Positions 33,663-33,871 of a stretch of DNA of 33,871 nucleotides are shown here, piece after piece (the first letter of the stretch is position 1; each line of letters opens with the position of its first letter). Source of the stretch: Saprolegnia diclina VS20. Lineage: Eukaryota. The notes under the pieces are model-generated. The model was given only the letters and a program-made list of their open reading frames with translations. It was not told the DNA's origin and did not search any database. The position numbers and the translations under genes were made by a program. The stretch lies in assembly GCF_000281045.1 (NCBI RefSeq), contig NW_008246069.1, positions 263,619 to 297,489 of the forward strand, read 5' to 3'.

Positions 33663-33871
33663 TGTTTCTCGAACGTCGTTATGTATTTAATCATTGGATA
33701 CCGGTGCATAACGCTGAGCACATTGGACCAATGTGCTCCACGTTCAACCAAAATCACACAAACCAGCTCCACCACTTTATTTAGCACAACACCTGACGGC
33801 ATGCGTGTTCATGTCAACCGTACACGACAACCCCTTCTGTGGGCGAGTATGTACATGTCCGCAGCATCTCT

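Overview
Gene-dense eukaryotic DNA, almost certainly from an oomycete and probably Saprolegniales (inferred from GC-rich third positions, many 41-60 nt introns with GTAC(G) donors and YAG acceptors, and oomycete-type Inr/FPR initiators). I reconstructed 17 protein-coding genes by hand. Recognisable ones are Rab2, a TVP15/COPI-associated protein, a UCH-L3-like deubiquitinase, SURF2, COX20, BDP1 (TFIIIB B''), an SF1/FUBP-like multi-KH protein, glutamine synthetase II, a DHHC palmitoyltransferase, a PDZ-like+TTC39/IML2 protein, a CASTOR-like ACT protein and a DysF+coiled-coil protein. There is also a large ATP-grasp-like/EF-hand protein and several hypotheticals. The window has two N gaps and an (ATCT)n microsatellite. 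I found no CRISPR array, rRNA, tRNA or autonomous transposon. The most interesting signals are: a recurrent upstream motif (G)TATCCGG(AT) at 10 non-coding sites; a chimeric SF1/FUBP KH protein; a CASTOR homolog with an altered ligand-pocket residue; a probable pseudo-ATP-grasp Ca2+-sensor; a C2-like domain split by a ~170-aa acidic insert; a heptad TP repeat in BDP1; and a MITE-like inverted repeat. All exon boundaries and homology calls were made by eye, and no database searches were run.
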